NCBI RefSeq assembly: GCF_001194135.2
Contig: NC_068997.1
Span: 2,681,735-2,745,734, forward strand
Source: Octopus bimaculoides
Taxonomy: Eukaryota
Length of the DNA stretch: 64,000 nt
Direction of reading: 5' to 3'
Below are positions 1 through 11,646 of this stretch, piece by piece. Under the pieces are notes generated by a model. The model was given only the letters and a program-made list of their open reading frames with translations. It did not search any database and was not told where the DNA came from. The position numbers and the translations under genes are program-made. Numbering within the stretch: position 1 is the stretch's first letter; each line of letters opens with the position of its first letter.

Positions 1-921
1 AAAGATGCTTGAGAACCCTTACTCTAATGCATTGAGGTAACAGAATGGAAATTGTTATATCGTCAGTGACGATATATGATGCGCGCGCGCGCATGTGGGT
101 GTGTAACAATATATCACAATGCCAAATATAACCGTATAACAATAAGAGAGCTGGTTATCTTATTATACCCGTTCGTACAATAACAATCCAATACCCCAAC
201 ACAGTCAATAACGAGACTAACGCTCTCACAGTTCGACCCCCAACTGTCTACTGGCTCATCTGTTTAGAAGACTCGTCCAGTCCCCTGACAGTCACATGCA
301 GGGGTGTGAGTTCACTCCATAACAGAAATATAACACCCATACAATGGAGCGGAGGTTCTAAAACCCAAATTGTATCAGTGACCGATAGAATCCTAACCAT
401 GGAACCGACTTGTCCTCTACAATCATTGTATTGGTGACTGATAAAGATCTCAGCTATGGAATCGAGGGAGTTTATTAATTTTGAATTCAAGGATAAATAC
501 ATCATTCTACTTCTCTGATGAATTCAGAAAAATCATCACCCAGCTTTCGTAAACTTTATTCATGATGCTAAGGAAGCTGCGTAATATCAGATAGAAGCAT
601 CTTAGAACTCAGATGACTAATGTGGTGAACGCAATGCAAGAATAAGAAATTATGATTATTCACTATCTATACGTTAACAATGTCCATCAGGTTAAAAAAG
701 CCTGAGGTGACCGTGGTCTTTTCCGTAGGCTTTTCTCTCCACGGATAAACCTAATCTGTTCCCCGTTTTTTACATCGACTGTGATACACGATCCCTATTG
801 ATCGCCCCCCCCCCACGTTTTTTTTNNNNNNNNNNNNNNNNNNNNNNNNNNNNNNNNNNNNNNNNNNNNNNNNNNNNNNNTTTAGCCCTGTGTGGCTATA
901 ATAACAAGATATCTATCTATA

Positions 922-966
<45 letters not shown>

Positions 967-1707
967 GTCAGCCTGTCTGTCTGCCTGCCTGACTGTCTGT
1001 CTGTCCGTCCGTCTGTCTGTCTGTCTATCGGTCTGCCTACGTATTTGCCCTAACCATTCAGTCATCGGTGGTGGTGGCTATTTATCATTATCGCTAGAAA
1101 CCGTTATTTTAGAAATATGAGAAATAAAAGACCAAAAAATATTGTTTACATGTAAAATTTTGCCATGATGATGATTATGATGATGATGATGATGATTATG
1201 ATGATGATGAAGATGATGATGATGATGAGGATGATGATGATAAGGATGACGGTGTTGGAGTTAGTGGTGCCAGGTAGCTCAGATAGAAAGTTATGTAAGT
1301 CGGATGATGGAAGCGGTTATAAATGGACGTAGATCACGTTAGCCGTGGTGGTGGCGGTGGTGGTGGTGGTGGCGGCTGTGTTATTGGTTTTGGTGGAGTC
1401 GTGGGGTGATGGAAGTTTGAGGTGATATGTGGCAGGTTGGGAAGAAGGAGGAGAGTGTGTGGTTAGCGGGGAGTTGTTTTAAGCCTGATGAGAAAATTAA
1501 CATGACAAGTCTTGTCAGATTAAAAGTTTAGTTAAAATAAGAAACTACCACAAGAGGAAACTTCATCGTCGTCGTCGTCGTCATCATCATCATCATCATC
1601 ATCATCAACATCATCAACATCATCAACATTATTATTATTATTGTTATTGTTGTTGTTGTTTTTATTATTATTTATTATTATTATTACTATTACTGTTGTT
1701 GTTATTG

Positions 1708-1762
<55 letters not shown>

Positions 1763-2789
1763 CTGCTGCAGAGTTTTTATGGTTGTCAGTCATTAATAAG
1801 ATAACTATTATCAATAAACCTGTTGGTTGAGCGACAACTTAAAAATACAAACATCAACTCAAGAACGATGTTGAAGATTATAAAAAAAATATGGTTTTAA
1901 CAAGGAAAATATTGATTTCTCTTTTGTTACAATACCTGATTAATGGCTCTATCTATCTATGTGTCTTGCGGAGAGATTCGTCCTTTCTTGCATTCAACGG
2001 GTTTTAATCTACTATCTATTACTCAGTTTGCTATGGATGCACATCGTTAAGAAAGACATCTTTGATAATAAGCGGCAAGGTTAACCAGAACGTCTGCGTA
2101 AAGTTTAGTGTCCCTACAAAAGAGCTACGTTTATTGATATTATCAAAGTAATCATTACCTGATCTGTTGGATCATTATTATTGCATATCAACAGTAATTT
2201 TCAAAACAATATTTTATGGTTTTGTCATTGGAGAAATTAATGATGACTTTCAGGGCTTCCTCGACCGGTGAGAAGGAAGAGATGAGATGAGGTTATTCTC
2301 AGATTGGGCTCCTGGCCTCAGTGTTTATCAAAGAGGGGATTCCACTAAAGACATTGAAGGACCATATGTTTTAGTCCTAACAGCCAATTCACTAAAACAA
2401 CCAGGAACACCCAATGATCCCCAACGACCAGGTAGTGATATTACACAGGTAGATGTATTATGTCGACCACTGTAATGGTAGTCATAGTTATTAGCGACGA
2501 ATTTACGTTTCCGTCAACAAAAGTCCACTCACAACGTTTTGTTTGATTTTCGGCTACAATAGAAGATAAATGTCCATGGTGCAGTGTAGTAGGCTTGAAA
2601 CCGAACCTATGTCGTGGGACTTCAGTTCTTAACCACAAGGCCATGCATTCGCCAATTATCTGAGTTCAAATCTTGCTAGGAGCGATGTATTCTTTAGTCT
2701 TTCTGGGGTCGGTGAAATTATCCACGGTGATATCCTGATCATCATCACCCGGTCCTATAACAAATTCTACTCAATTGATTTTCCATTCG

Positions 2790-3300
2790 GATACAAATTC
2801 CATTCAAATTCTTCGATAAAATATATTTGTTTCCTCTCCTCCAACTGATATCTTTAATATACCTGAACCCTCATCCGCTCCAGCATGAAACTCCAACCAA
2901 TCCTTCCTTTTCAATATCTCCCTCTAAAAGTCATCTCCCCTACTTACATATTTGTGACGGATGTTAAAACTATACATCAACAGCACCATTCACAAGCAGA
3001 CGACACAACCTTTACAAGGTTACTCAAGCTTTTAGAACTTGTAGCAAAACCTCTTCCAAATAACATCCAACTTATTTAAAATCGAAGATAGCAACAAGAC
3101 ATAGTTTTATGTATTTTATGTCTAAATACTTACCTCAATCTTACCTCAAATGTTTGCCTAAACTTTATAACTCCACTTCACCACGCTGGGAAGTCATACA
3201 GAAGTCATGGACGATGTTTGTCCATTCCTTCTACTGTGTTTTATAAATCAAATAAACTTCACTTCATTGTTTCACAGCCAGTAAGAAGAGGCATCCATTA
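2790..3300 (+). mobile_element. Highly degraded CR1/Jockey-type LINE reverse transcriptase fragment
   Basis: ORF 2885-3079 contains 'ISPTYIFVTDV...HSQADDTT', resembling the RT 'LSPTLFLLFINDL...HSYADD' region of CR1-type elements. Flanks are frameshifted. Confidence 0.4.
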
Positions 3301-3961
3301 TAATTATATGGAATTGACAGAAAAAGAGAAAAATAAAGAAATGCTAATTAATTAGTCGTTTGTTTGATTATGTTATCATCGCTTCCTAATTAGCGGAGTA
3401 TTATTAATTGTTTAATAGTTTATTATCACCGTCCATTAATTGTTTACGAAATAGCGTCCATCTTGAATAATAGATATGAACACATGAATAGAAAGACACA
3501 CCCATCCTCATGCATGGATACATATATATGTACATGCATGCAAATATACGTGCATGGACACATGTATGTAATATACATGTGTGTACATGTGTATATGCAT
3601 ATATGAATATGTGTATATGTATATACATGTTCACACGCACACATAAATGCATTTATATATATACATAAATATATATGTACGCACGCACACACACACACAA
3701 TTTCAAAGTAACTAGCAACCTGCTATTTACTATTTATTTATTTTTTTCAAACACGAAGTAAACAAATATTTGTATAAAGATTTATTCTGAAGACATGGCG
3801 GACTATAAAAGATAACAGGCAACTGTATCCGTGAGGAAGAGGGGGGACAGGAGGAGAGGGAACAGAGAGAGTGAGAGAGAGGATGGGGAGGAGAGGAATA
3901 AAAGAGGGGTAAGTGGGAGTGAAGGACGAGGTGGAAGATGAAAGAAGGGGAGTGGGAGGAC

Positions 3962-3994
3962 GAGAAGAAGAAGAAGAAGAAGAAGAAGAAGAAG

Positions 3995-4025
<31 letters not shown>

Positions 4026-4138
4026 GGAGGAAGAAGAAGAAGAAGAGGGAAGAAGAAGAAGAAGAAGGAGGAGGAGGAGGAGAAGAAGAAGGAGAAGAAG
4101 AAGAAGAAGAAGAAGAAGAAGAAGAAGAAGAAGAAGAA
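3962..4138 (+). repeat. (GAA)n/(GGA)n polypurine microsatellite
   Basis: Direct inspection; explains the poly-E/K/R and poly-L/F/S ORFs at 3747-4301. Confidence 0.97.
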
Positions 4139-4779
4139 TGGGAAAATAAAACGAGAACTCCCCCAAAGAAATAAGAATATTCGCCAAAAGAAACACCATT
4201 CCATGGTTGTAGAGAAAGAAATCAGAAGACGGAGATATAAAAAAAAACAAAAAAAAACAAAACAAAAAAAGAATGCTAGCTAAATCGATATAGAGTACCA
4301 TGTTAGCATTGAGACAAAACTGCTCTGTAAATGGCAGGTTCCATATTTTCTGCTAGGCAGACACATGTAGCTTCTTATTGGAAGAACAATGGAGAAATGT
4401 ATAAGAGACTCAGGTGACTTTAGCTCTTGCTGAATTTAATTAGCCAATAGAAACGAAGAATGAGGAATACATCAAATACATTTTTCTGTAGCTAGGATTA
4501 GAGGAATGTCTATAGATTATATCAATTTAAGATGTTTGTTGTTGTTGCTGTTGCTGTTGTTGTTGCTGTTGCTGTTGTTGTTGCTGTTGCTGTTGTTGTT
4601 GTGATGGTGATAGTAGTGGTGGTAGTGGTGGTCGCATATGCGATTTTACTTTCTGTCTTTCTCTCTCCACACACATTATATATATAGGCGTATATATAGA
4701 TACATAAACACACACATATACACATACATATATATATATATATGTACATACATATATATACACGCATATNNNNNNNNNN

Positions 4780-4834
<55 letters not shown>

Positions 4835-5376
4835 ACACACACACGTACAAAGACACGTAGTCGTGTGGGTATTTTTGTCTATTGTTACTCTGCTTAGGCA
4901 TTTTAGGAAAACGCACTCACATACACATACAAATGCACACGTGCACACACACACACACACACACATACACACACACACACATACACACACACACTAATAA
5001 CTACAACATATGTTTATGTGAATTCGCTCGTGTTGAAGGTTAAGGTGGAGGTGGTGTAGATGCATACAGAGAGGTGTTTGTTTTCTGCGTTCTCCAAATG
5101 TTAAATACAATTCTTTGATTTTCGATGTCTAAAGTGGGTGAGTGGGTGTGCTCTGGGTGAGGAGGGAGGTGCAATTTCGAAACCATTAAATTAATTTTCG
5201 TGAATCATATTTCAGTGTTGCTAAATTATAATTATTATTGTTTTCATGCCACATACAAACACACTTGTACAGGCGTACGCTCGTGTGCATGATCACACGA
5301 AGGTCTGTATGTATGCACGTATATATGTATGTATGCATTTATGTATGCGTGCATCTAGGTATGTATATATGCATGC

Positions 5377-5425
5377 ATGCATGTATGCATGTCTGTATGC
5401 ATCTATCTATCTATCTATCTATCTA

Positions 5426-5456
<31 letters not shown>

Positions 5457-5526
5457 GCCTGTCTGCCTGTCTGTCTGTCNNNNNNNNNNTCTGTCTGTCT
5501 GTCTGTCTGTCTGTCTGCCTGTCTGC

Positions 5527-5578
<52 letters not shown>

Positions 5579-5720
5579 ATGTATGTATGTATGTATCTAT
5601 CTATCTATCTGACTATATATCTGTCTAATGTATGTATGTGTGTATGTATGAATGTATCTGTCTATCTATCTGTCTGTCTGTCTGTCTGTCTCTCTCCCTC
5701 TCCCTCTCTCTCTCTATCTG

Positions 5721-5790
<70 letters not shown>
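5377..5790. repeat. Compound (TCTA)n/(TCTG)n/(TATG)n microsatellite
   Basis: Direct inspection; source of 'YLSI/CLSV' ORFs. Confidence 0.95.
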
Positions 5791-5792
<2 letters not shown>

Positions 5793-5995
5793 GTCTTCGC
5801 CATTGAGCTGCAGCCATGTTGGTCACGGCCATAAAGGATTTTAATGAAGTAAGTCGACTCCAGTAAATATTTTTAGGCCTGAAATGTTCTATTCGCACCC
5901 CACCTTCTTTTCTTTTTACCGAATTGTTTGGTTACGGGGACGTAAACAAACCAGCACCAATTGACAACTAGTGGTGGTGGAGAGACACAAATACG
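5791..5995 (-). mobile_element. tRNA-derived SINE family B, partial and degraded (3' half)
   Basis: Similar to copies at 8841, 13593, 25774, 45061 and 46864 (gccatg.tgg.cac, ttacgggga.gtaaac motifs). Confidence 0.7.
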
Positions 5996-6077
5996 TGGAT
6001 ATACACATACATACATGTGTGTGTGTGTGTGTGTGCGTGTGTGTGTGTCTGTGTCTATGTGTGTGTGTATATGTATA

Positions 6078-6195
6078 TGAGGGTGTGCTGAAAAGTTCCT
6101 GGCTTTGGATAAAATAAAATACAGGAGGATCATTTGATTATGATTTTATGCAACATATTCTCCTCTCAGATTCACGCGGTTATTGCAGCTGTCCT
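6078..6195. mobile_element. Mariner-like MITE end (truncated)
   Basis: TA followed by tgagggtgtgctgaaaagttcctggcttt, a mariner-type TIR; interrupted by (TACA)n. Confidence 0.6.
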
Positions 6196-6390
6196 ACATA
6201 CATACATACATACATACATACATACAGACAGACAGACAGACAGACATACAGACATACAGGGCTGGCCAGAAGTCACCCGATAGCAAATCAAAATTCCATA
6301 GATACTATCTGTAATTCTGTCAGACTCGAATGGAAAAATGCGTCGCTCAAGAAGGACTGCAGTTTGAACGATTTTCATGTTTCATATTTA

Positions 6391-7110
6391 TCAGGTCATC
6401 CCATAAGTTCTGTCTAAATTTTGAATAAAGAAGACAAGTGATCAAATGTTATATTTAATTGAAATTTAATCATCAATGTACTTTCCCTGATTATCTATGA
6501 CTTCCTTCCATCTATTTACAAGCTTTTTAATCGCATCAATGTAAAACTCTTTTGGTTTCAAAGGGAAGAACTCTGAAATGTTAGTTTCAAACTTCTCCTA
6601 GCTTGCGAAAGTTATGTCCTCCAAATGATTCCGTAAACTACGAAACAAATGGTAGTCTGAAGGAGCAAGGTCCGGAGAATAATGTTGATGAGGAATTTTT
6701 TCCCAACCAAGCTCTTCGATCTTCTGTGATGTGTCCTGATGAAACATCACTCCTTTTCGATTCACTAAAGCGGGTCTTTTTTTCTTCAAAGCTTGGTTCA
6801 AACGCTCTAATTGCTGAAAGTAGACTTGAGCANNNNNNNNNNAAGCTTGGTTCAAACGCTCTAATTGCTGAAAGTAGACTTGAGCATTGATTGTTGCATT
6901 AGGTGGTAACAATTCAAAGTGAATTACTCCTTTGCAATCTCACTAGATAGAGAGAGGAAACTTTTTTCCATGAAGTTCTCTTCTCGGTTATGGTTGAGCC
7001 TTTTCCCTTTTACTAAGCCACTGTTTACGCCGTTTAACATTTCGATAGAAGATCCAGTTTTAGTCACCAGTCACAAGTCTATCCAAAAAGGGTGAAATGA
7101 GTTCGTGTAT
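6391..7110 (-). mobile_element. Mariner (DD34D) transposase pseudogene, 5'-truncated, with 3' TIR
   Basis: Minus-strand translation gives FLDRLVTGD*NWIFYRNVKRRKQWLS, VIHFELLPPNATINAQVYFQQLERL, FHQD (NARPH deleted) and YSPDLAPSDYHLFRSL. Ends at tcaggtcatcccataagttctgtc next to TA (6389-6390). Confidence 0.95.
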
Positions 7111-7299
7111 ATGTACATGTTTGCACGCGCACGCAGGTGCGTGTTTCTGTGTGCGTTTCGACTCTGTTCGTGTTTCGACTCTGGTTAAGTATGTCATCCG
7201 GTTAGTAAACTTTGACTGGGTCCAAAACTTTGGTTTCATCGCTAATGTGTCCATGTAACATCAGTCCGCTACTACTTCCAGTTTACAGCTCTAGCCTGC

Positions 7300-7800
7300 C
7301 ACTATTCTTTAAGTGCTATTGAGAGTAGCAGCATCAGGTTTTGATGCGAAAAAGCAAACCCTGGCATACTTTTCTTACTAATTTTTCTACATGTAGAAAT
7401 TTTTGCTCACATGTAGTTGCAGTTATGACTCCAATTTATAGAGGAATTAATTCTTGTAAAGCAAAATGCTGGGAAGTAAAATGCTTATTGCCTATATAAG
7501 TTTTAAAAAACAAAACTTCCTGGAAAACTCCACAGCTATGCTTTTGCGTGAATCTTTTCTGATTTCTTCAACATTGGGTCTTCTACATTTTGTGAATCCT
7601 CAAAAAAGAACAGTAACCGATTTTCTATAGTAACAACCTGATGATATGAATCTGATGCACCCAAACAAGACACACTTGTTTTACATGCCTGAATGACTTC
7701 TGAATAATAACTCAACTCCAACTGCACCCAATAAAATCTTCTATAATATCTTTCCATCAGCTCTCATCTGACAAACAATCTTCCTCCCATTCTCCACTAT
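7300..7800 (-). mobile_element. Possible very degraded Gypsy integrase remnant
   Basis: Minus-strand fragments RRFYWVQLE..VIQACKT (H2C2-like 'RFYWP...C..C') and GNKHFTSQHF ('DNGxQFTSxxF'-like) occur in the expected order; many frameshifts. Confidence 0.35.
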
Positions 7801-8056
7801 AACACTAAATGCATATCTACATCTTAGACGTGCGTACACCAAGCCTAGTTATTATTCTTCATAAATCTACCTTCCCAAGAAAAATAACTTACAAAAGAGT
7901 GTATAAATCCAAGACGAGCCCAAATACAGGTCAAAACTTCAAAGCTACTGTCTCTCCTCTTCTTGTACTCACATTAATTTATTGAGTAATTCTTCAGTTT
8001 AATGCCAAATTGTTTTATAACTCGACATAAAACAAACATTAATATAACTATATATC

Positions 8057-8253
8057 AAGGCGGAGAGCTGGAAGAAACGTTAGCAGGCCGGATGAAATGC
8101 TTGGCAGTATTTCGTCTGTCTTTAGGTTCTGAGTTCAAATACCACCGAGGTCGACTTTGCCTTTCATCCCTTCGGAATTAAGTACCAGTTGCGCATTGGG
8201 GTCGATCTAATCGACTGGTCCCCTCCCCCAAAATTTCGGGCCTAGAAAAGAAT
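8057..8253 (+). mobile_element. tRNA-derived SINE family A, near full length
   Basis: Head aaggcggagagctggaagaaacgttagc, B-box-like gagttcaaatacc, core gtcgactttgcctttcatcc...ggggtcgatctaatcgac; at least 6 further copies in the window. Confidence 0.9.
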
Positions 8254-8840
8254 ATAAGTACATATGTATCCTATGTATGTATATACTAATTTATAAATAT
8301 ACATAAGTATTATTTATAACTATAAATGTATATATGTATATCTGTATATATGTATTTATAAATGTATATATCAACACATGTGTAAATATATTCATAAACG
8401 TGTCTGTTATATAAAAATGTTCTATAACAATAAATTAAGCACACACACTGTCACTCTCTTTCTTCCTCCTCTCTCTCCCTCCTATCTCTCTCCTCCTCTC
8501 TCCCTCCTCCCCTCTCTCTCCCTCCTATCTCTCTCCTTCTCTCTCCCCCCTCTCTCTCTCTCATAGGCATCAGTTCTTGTAGAAATATTATTCCACCATG
8601 ATGTGAGATGGAACAGACAATGACATAAAACCAAGGTTTCTGTGATAAATTCCCATTAACCGTTGTTGGTTTGGTTTCCTTTTTTTTTATTGCTGTAAAT
8701 GAATAAAGTTCGAAGGCGTGAAATAAAAGTTAGGTGTCTGAAATAGATTAATTTGGTGGTTATGAGGTGGTTGTATTTCTGCTGAATAATAGCAAAACTT
8801 CCGTTGTCATTCTGCGTATTTGCAGGTGAAATTTACAATG

Positions 8841-9050
8841 TCTTTTACCTTTTATTTGTCTTAGTCATTTGATTGTAGCCATGCTGGAACACCGACATGA
8901 AAGGTTAAGTTGAACAAGTGACCCCCAGTAAAGCCTGGTACTTATTCTCTCGGTCTCTTTTGGTCGAGCCACTAAGGTTACGGGGATGTAAACAAACTAA
9001 CAACGGTTGTCGACCAGTGGTGCGGGACAAACAAAAACACAAAAACTCTC
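8841..9050 (-). mobile_element. SINE family B, 3' half
   Basis: Self-similarity to 25774-26166 and 46864-47184. Confidence 0.85.
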
Positions 9051-9076
9051 ACATGCACACATAAATAATACATACC

Positions 9077-9193
<117 letters not shown>

Positions 9194-9829
9194 NNNNNNN
9201 NNNNNNNNNNNNNNNNNNNNNNNNNNNNNNNNNNNNNNNNNNNNNNNNNNNNNNNNNNNNNNNNNNNNNNNNNNNNNNNNNNNNNNNNNNNNNNNNNNNN
9301 NNNNNNNNNNNNNNNNNNNNNNNNNNNNNNNNNNNNNNNNNNNNNNNNNNNNNNNNNNNNNNNNNNNNNNNNNNNNNNNNNNNNNNNNNNNNNNNNNNNN
9401 NNNNNNNNNNNNNNNNNNNNNNNNNNNNNNNNNNNNNNNNNNNNNNNNNNNNNNNNNNNNNNNNNNNNNNNNNNNNNNNNNNNNNNNNNNNNNNNNNNNN
9501 NNNNNNNNNNNNNNNNNNNNNNNNNNNNNNNNNNNNNNNNNNNNNNNNNNNNNNNNNNNNNNNNNNNNNNNNNNNNNNNNNNNNNNNNNNNNNNNNNNNN
9601 NNNNNNNNNNNNNNNNNNNNNNNNNNNNNNNNNNNNNNNNNNNNNNNNNNNNNNNNNNNNNNNNNNNNNAAGAATATATATATATATATATATATATATA
9701 CAGTTTTTAGGTAGAATTCTTTGCTATTTCTAGCAAAACGAATGGCCTCGTAAACCGTCTATTGTTGGTTTGTTGCTTTTGTTGTTTTTATTATTCCCAT
9801 AATAGCTGTAAAAGAATAGAATTACGATG

Positions 9830-10015
9830 AAATATTTTTCACATGCAACTGTCTAGTCTTTAACTCAAACACAAGTGTACCTAGGTCTATATGATCAAAT
9901 GCTGCCTTCTTTGTTAGTAACCAATAAGGTATATATTCTGAGAGAGGTTTGTCGGTTATTTCTTTTAATTTTGCTGGTGCCTTTACTAGGTCATAGCGAG
10001 CATCATGAAAACACC
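9830..10015 (-). mobile_element. Possible LINE RT fragment (L2/CR1-type)
   Basis: 'WLLTKKAAFDHIDLGTLVFELK' resembles the RT 'LDLxAAFDxVDHxxLL' motif. Confidence 0.35.
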
Positions 10016-10954
10016 GAAGGGGAAAGAGAGAAAGAGGGGAAGAAAGAGAGAGGAGGGGAGAGAAAGAGAGGGCAAGGAAAGTGAGAGAGGGAGAGAGGGA
10101 CAGAGAGAGAGACATATATTCACATTGACTGAGGTCCCAGGTGTCAATTCGGTTGTTCATTTAAGAGATTACACTGTCTGCACGGCAGAACCGAATGCAT
10201 AGAATCTTGTTATCACCAGGCTTCTTCTTTATATATCAGAACCATTATAAGAAAACCTCATAGAAATTTCGATGATCTACTTCATTCTTAACTTGTTCCG
10301 GCAGTTTCGAGGGTGAATATGTTAACGATGAATGTCGTCTTCGGAGAACACCAGTAAAATAACTTCCTGTTAAAAGCGTCCATAACTGGAAACACCTGCG
10401 TCTCTACACTCTTGGACACCGAAGAGAAGGATATACTATATATGGAAAACCGTGGAGTAGCTTGTTCGAAACTTCGGTAATGGAGAGAATATTAATGACC
10501 GAACTGGTATATACTGTCAGTTTCCAAATATACCACCTTCGAAATTACGAGCAAAAGAATTCTGTTGTACCAGTCTGATATTTAGAGGTCCTCAACTATT
10601 CNNNNNNNNNNNNNNNNNNNNNNNNNNNNNNNNNNNNNNNNNNNNNNNNNNNNNNNNNNNNNNNNNNNNNNNNNNNNNNNNNNNNNNNNNNNNNNNNNNN
10701 NNNNNNNNNNNNNNNNNNNNNNNNNNNNNNNNNNNNNNNNNNNNNNNNNNNNNNNNNNNNNNNNNNNNNNNNNNNNNNNNNNNNNNNNNNNNNNNNNNNN
10801 NNNNNNNNNNNNNNNNNNNNNNNNNNNNNNNNNNNNNNNNNNNNNNNNNNNNNNNNNNNNNNNNNNNNNNNNNNNNNNNNNNNNNNNNNNNNNNNNNNNN
10901 NNNNNNNNNNNNNNNNNNNNNNNNNNNNNNNNNNNNNNNNNNNNNNNNNNNNNN

Positions 10955-11011
<57 letters not shown>

Positions 11012-11017
<6 letters not shown>

Positions 11018-11646
11018 ATAATGATGCAAATAAACAAGTGAAAACGCTTGGACTTGATATACAAAATATTTATACATATAAATAGAGAGAAAGCAAAGAC
11101 TGAAAATATTGAGACGATGCATATTCATGCATATAATCTATAGATATTTATATATTAACAGAGCAAACTTGCGCAGAGTACAAAGACACAGACAATTAAG
11201 GGGAGAAGTTACGGTGCTATAAAGTCGTATGGTTTCTGTTGTAATAGCTTCATGGAGACATCCATTGGTGGAATTGGGATGCTCCTTGTAGATGTGCCCA
11301 AGAATTGTTTATCCATTAGTGCGATCTATAGGCAGCGCTCAACCGAGTAAAATGTATACAGTTAATAGAAGAAATCCAGAAATGCTCAATGTAGGAAACA
11401 CTTAATAACACTCAAATGATTTGAACTTGTACTCTGAAATCTTTACCAAGGACTAAGTCTGCGAGGTAAAGAGTGGCTATAAGAGGTAACCAGGTGAGCA
11501 GATGTGGAGATAATGATGTAAATTAGCAAATAAAACCGCTTGGGCTAGGTATACGAATTATACATGTAAATATAGAGAAGACTCAAAATTTTTAGACGAT
11601 GTATATTCGTGTATAAATGTATAGATTTTATATTTAACAAAACATA
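11012..11646. repeat. Degenerate ~145-bp direct repeats flanking a ~340-bp spacer (unclassified)
   Basis: About 11012-11165 aligns by eye with about 11505-11640 (atgatg.aaat...aaaa.cgcttgg...ttatacat.taaat...agacgatg.atattc.tg.ata...tatagat). Confidence 0.75.

Noticed and set aside
6790-6886. Apparent 44-bp tandem duplication within the mariner ORF (AQVYFQQLERLNQA twice)
   Set aside because: Identical sequence on both sides of a 10-N gap: an unmerged contig overlap.
10500-10601. CQFPNIPPSKL...IFRGPQL, faintly like a Chapaev transposase motif
   Set aside because: Similarity too weak and truncated by a gap.
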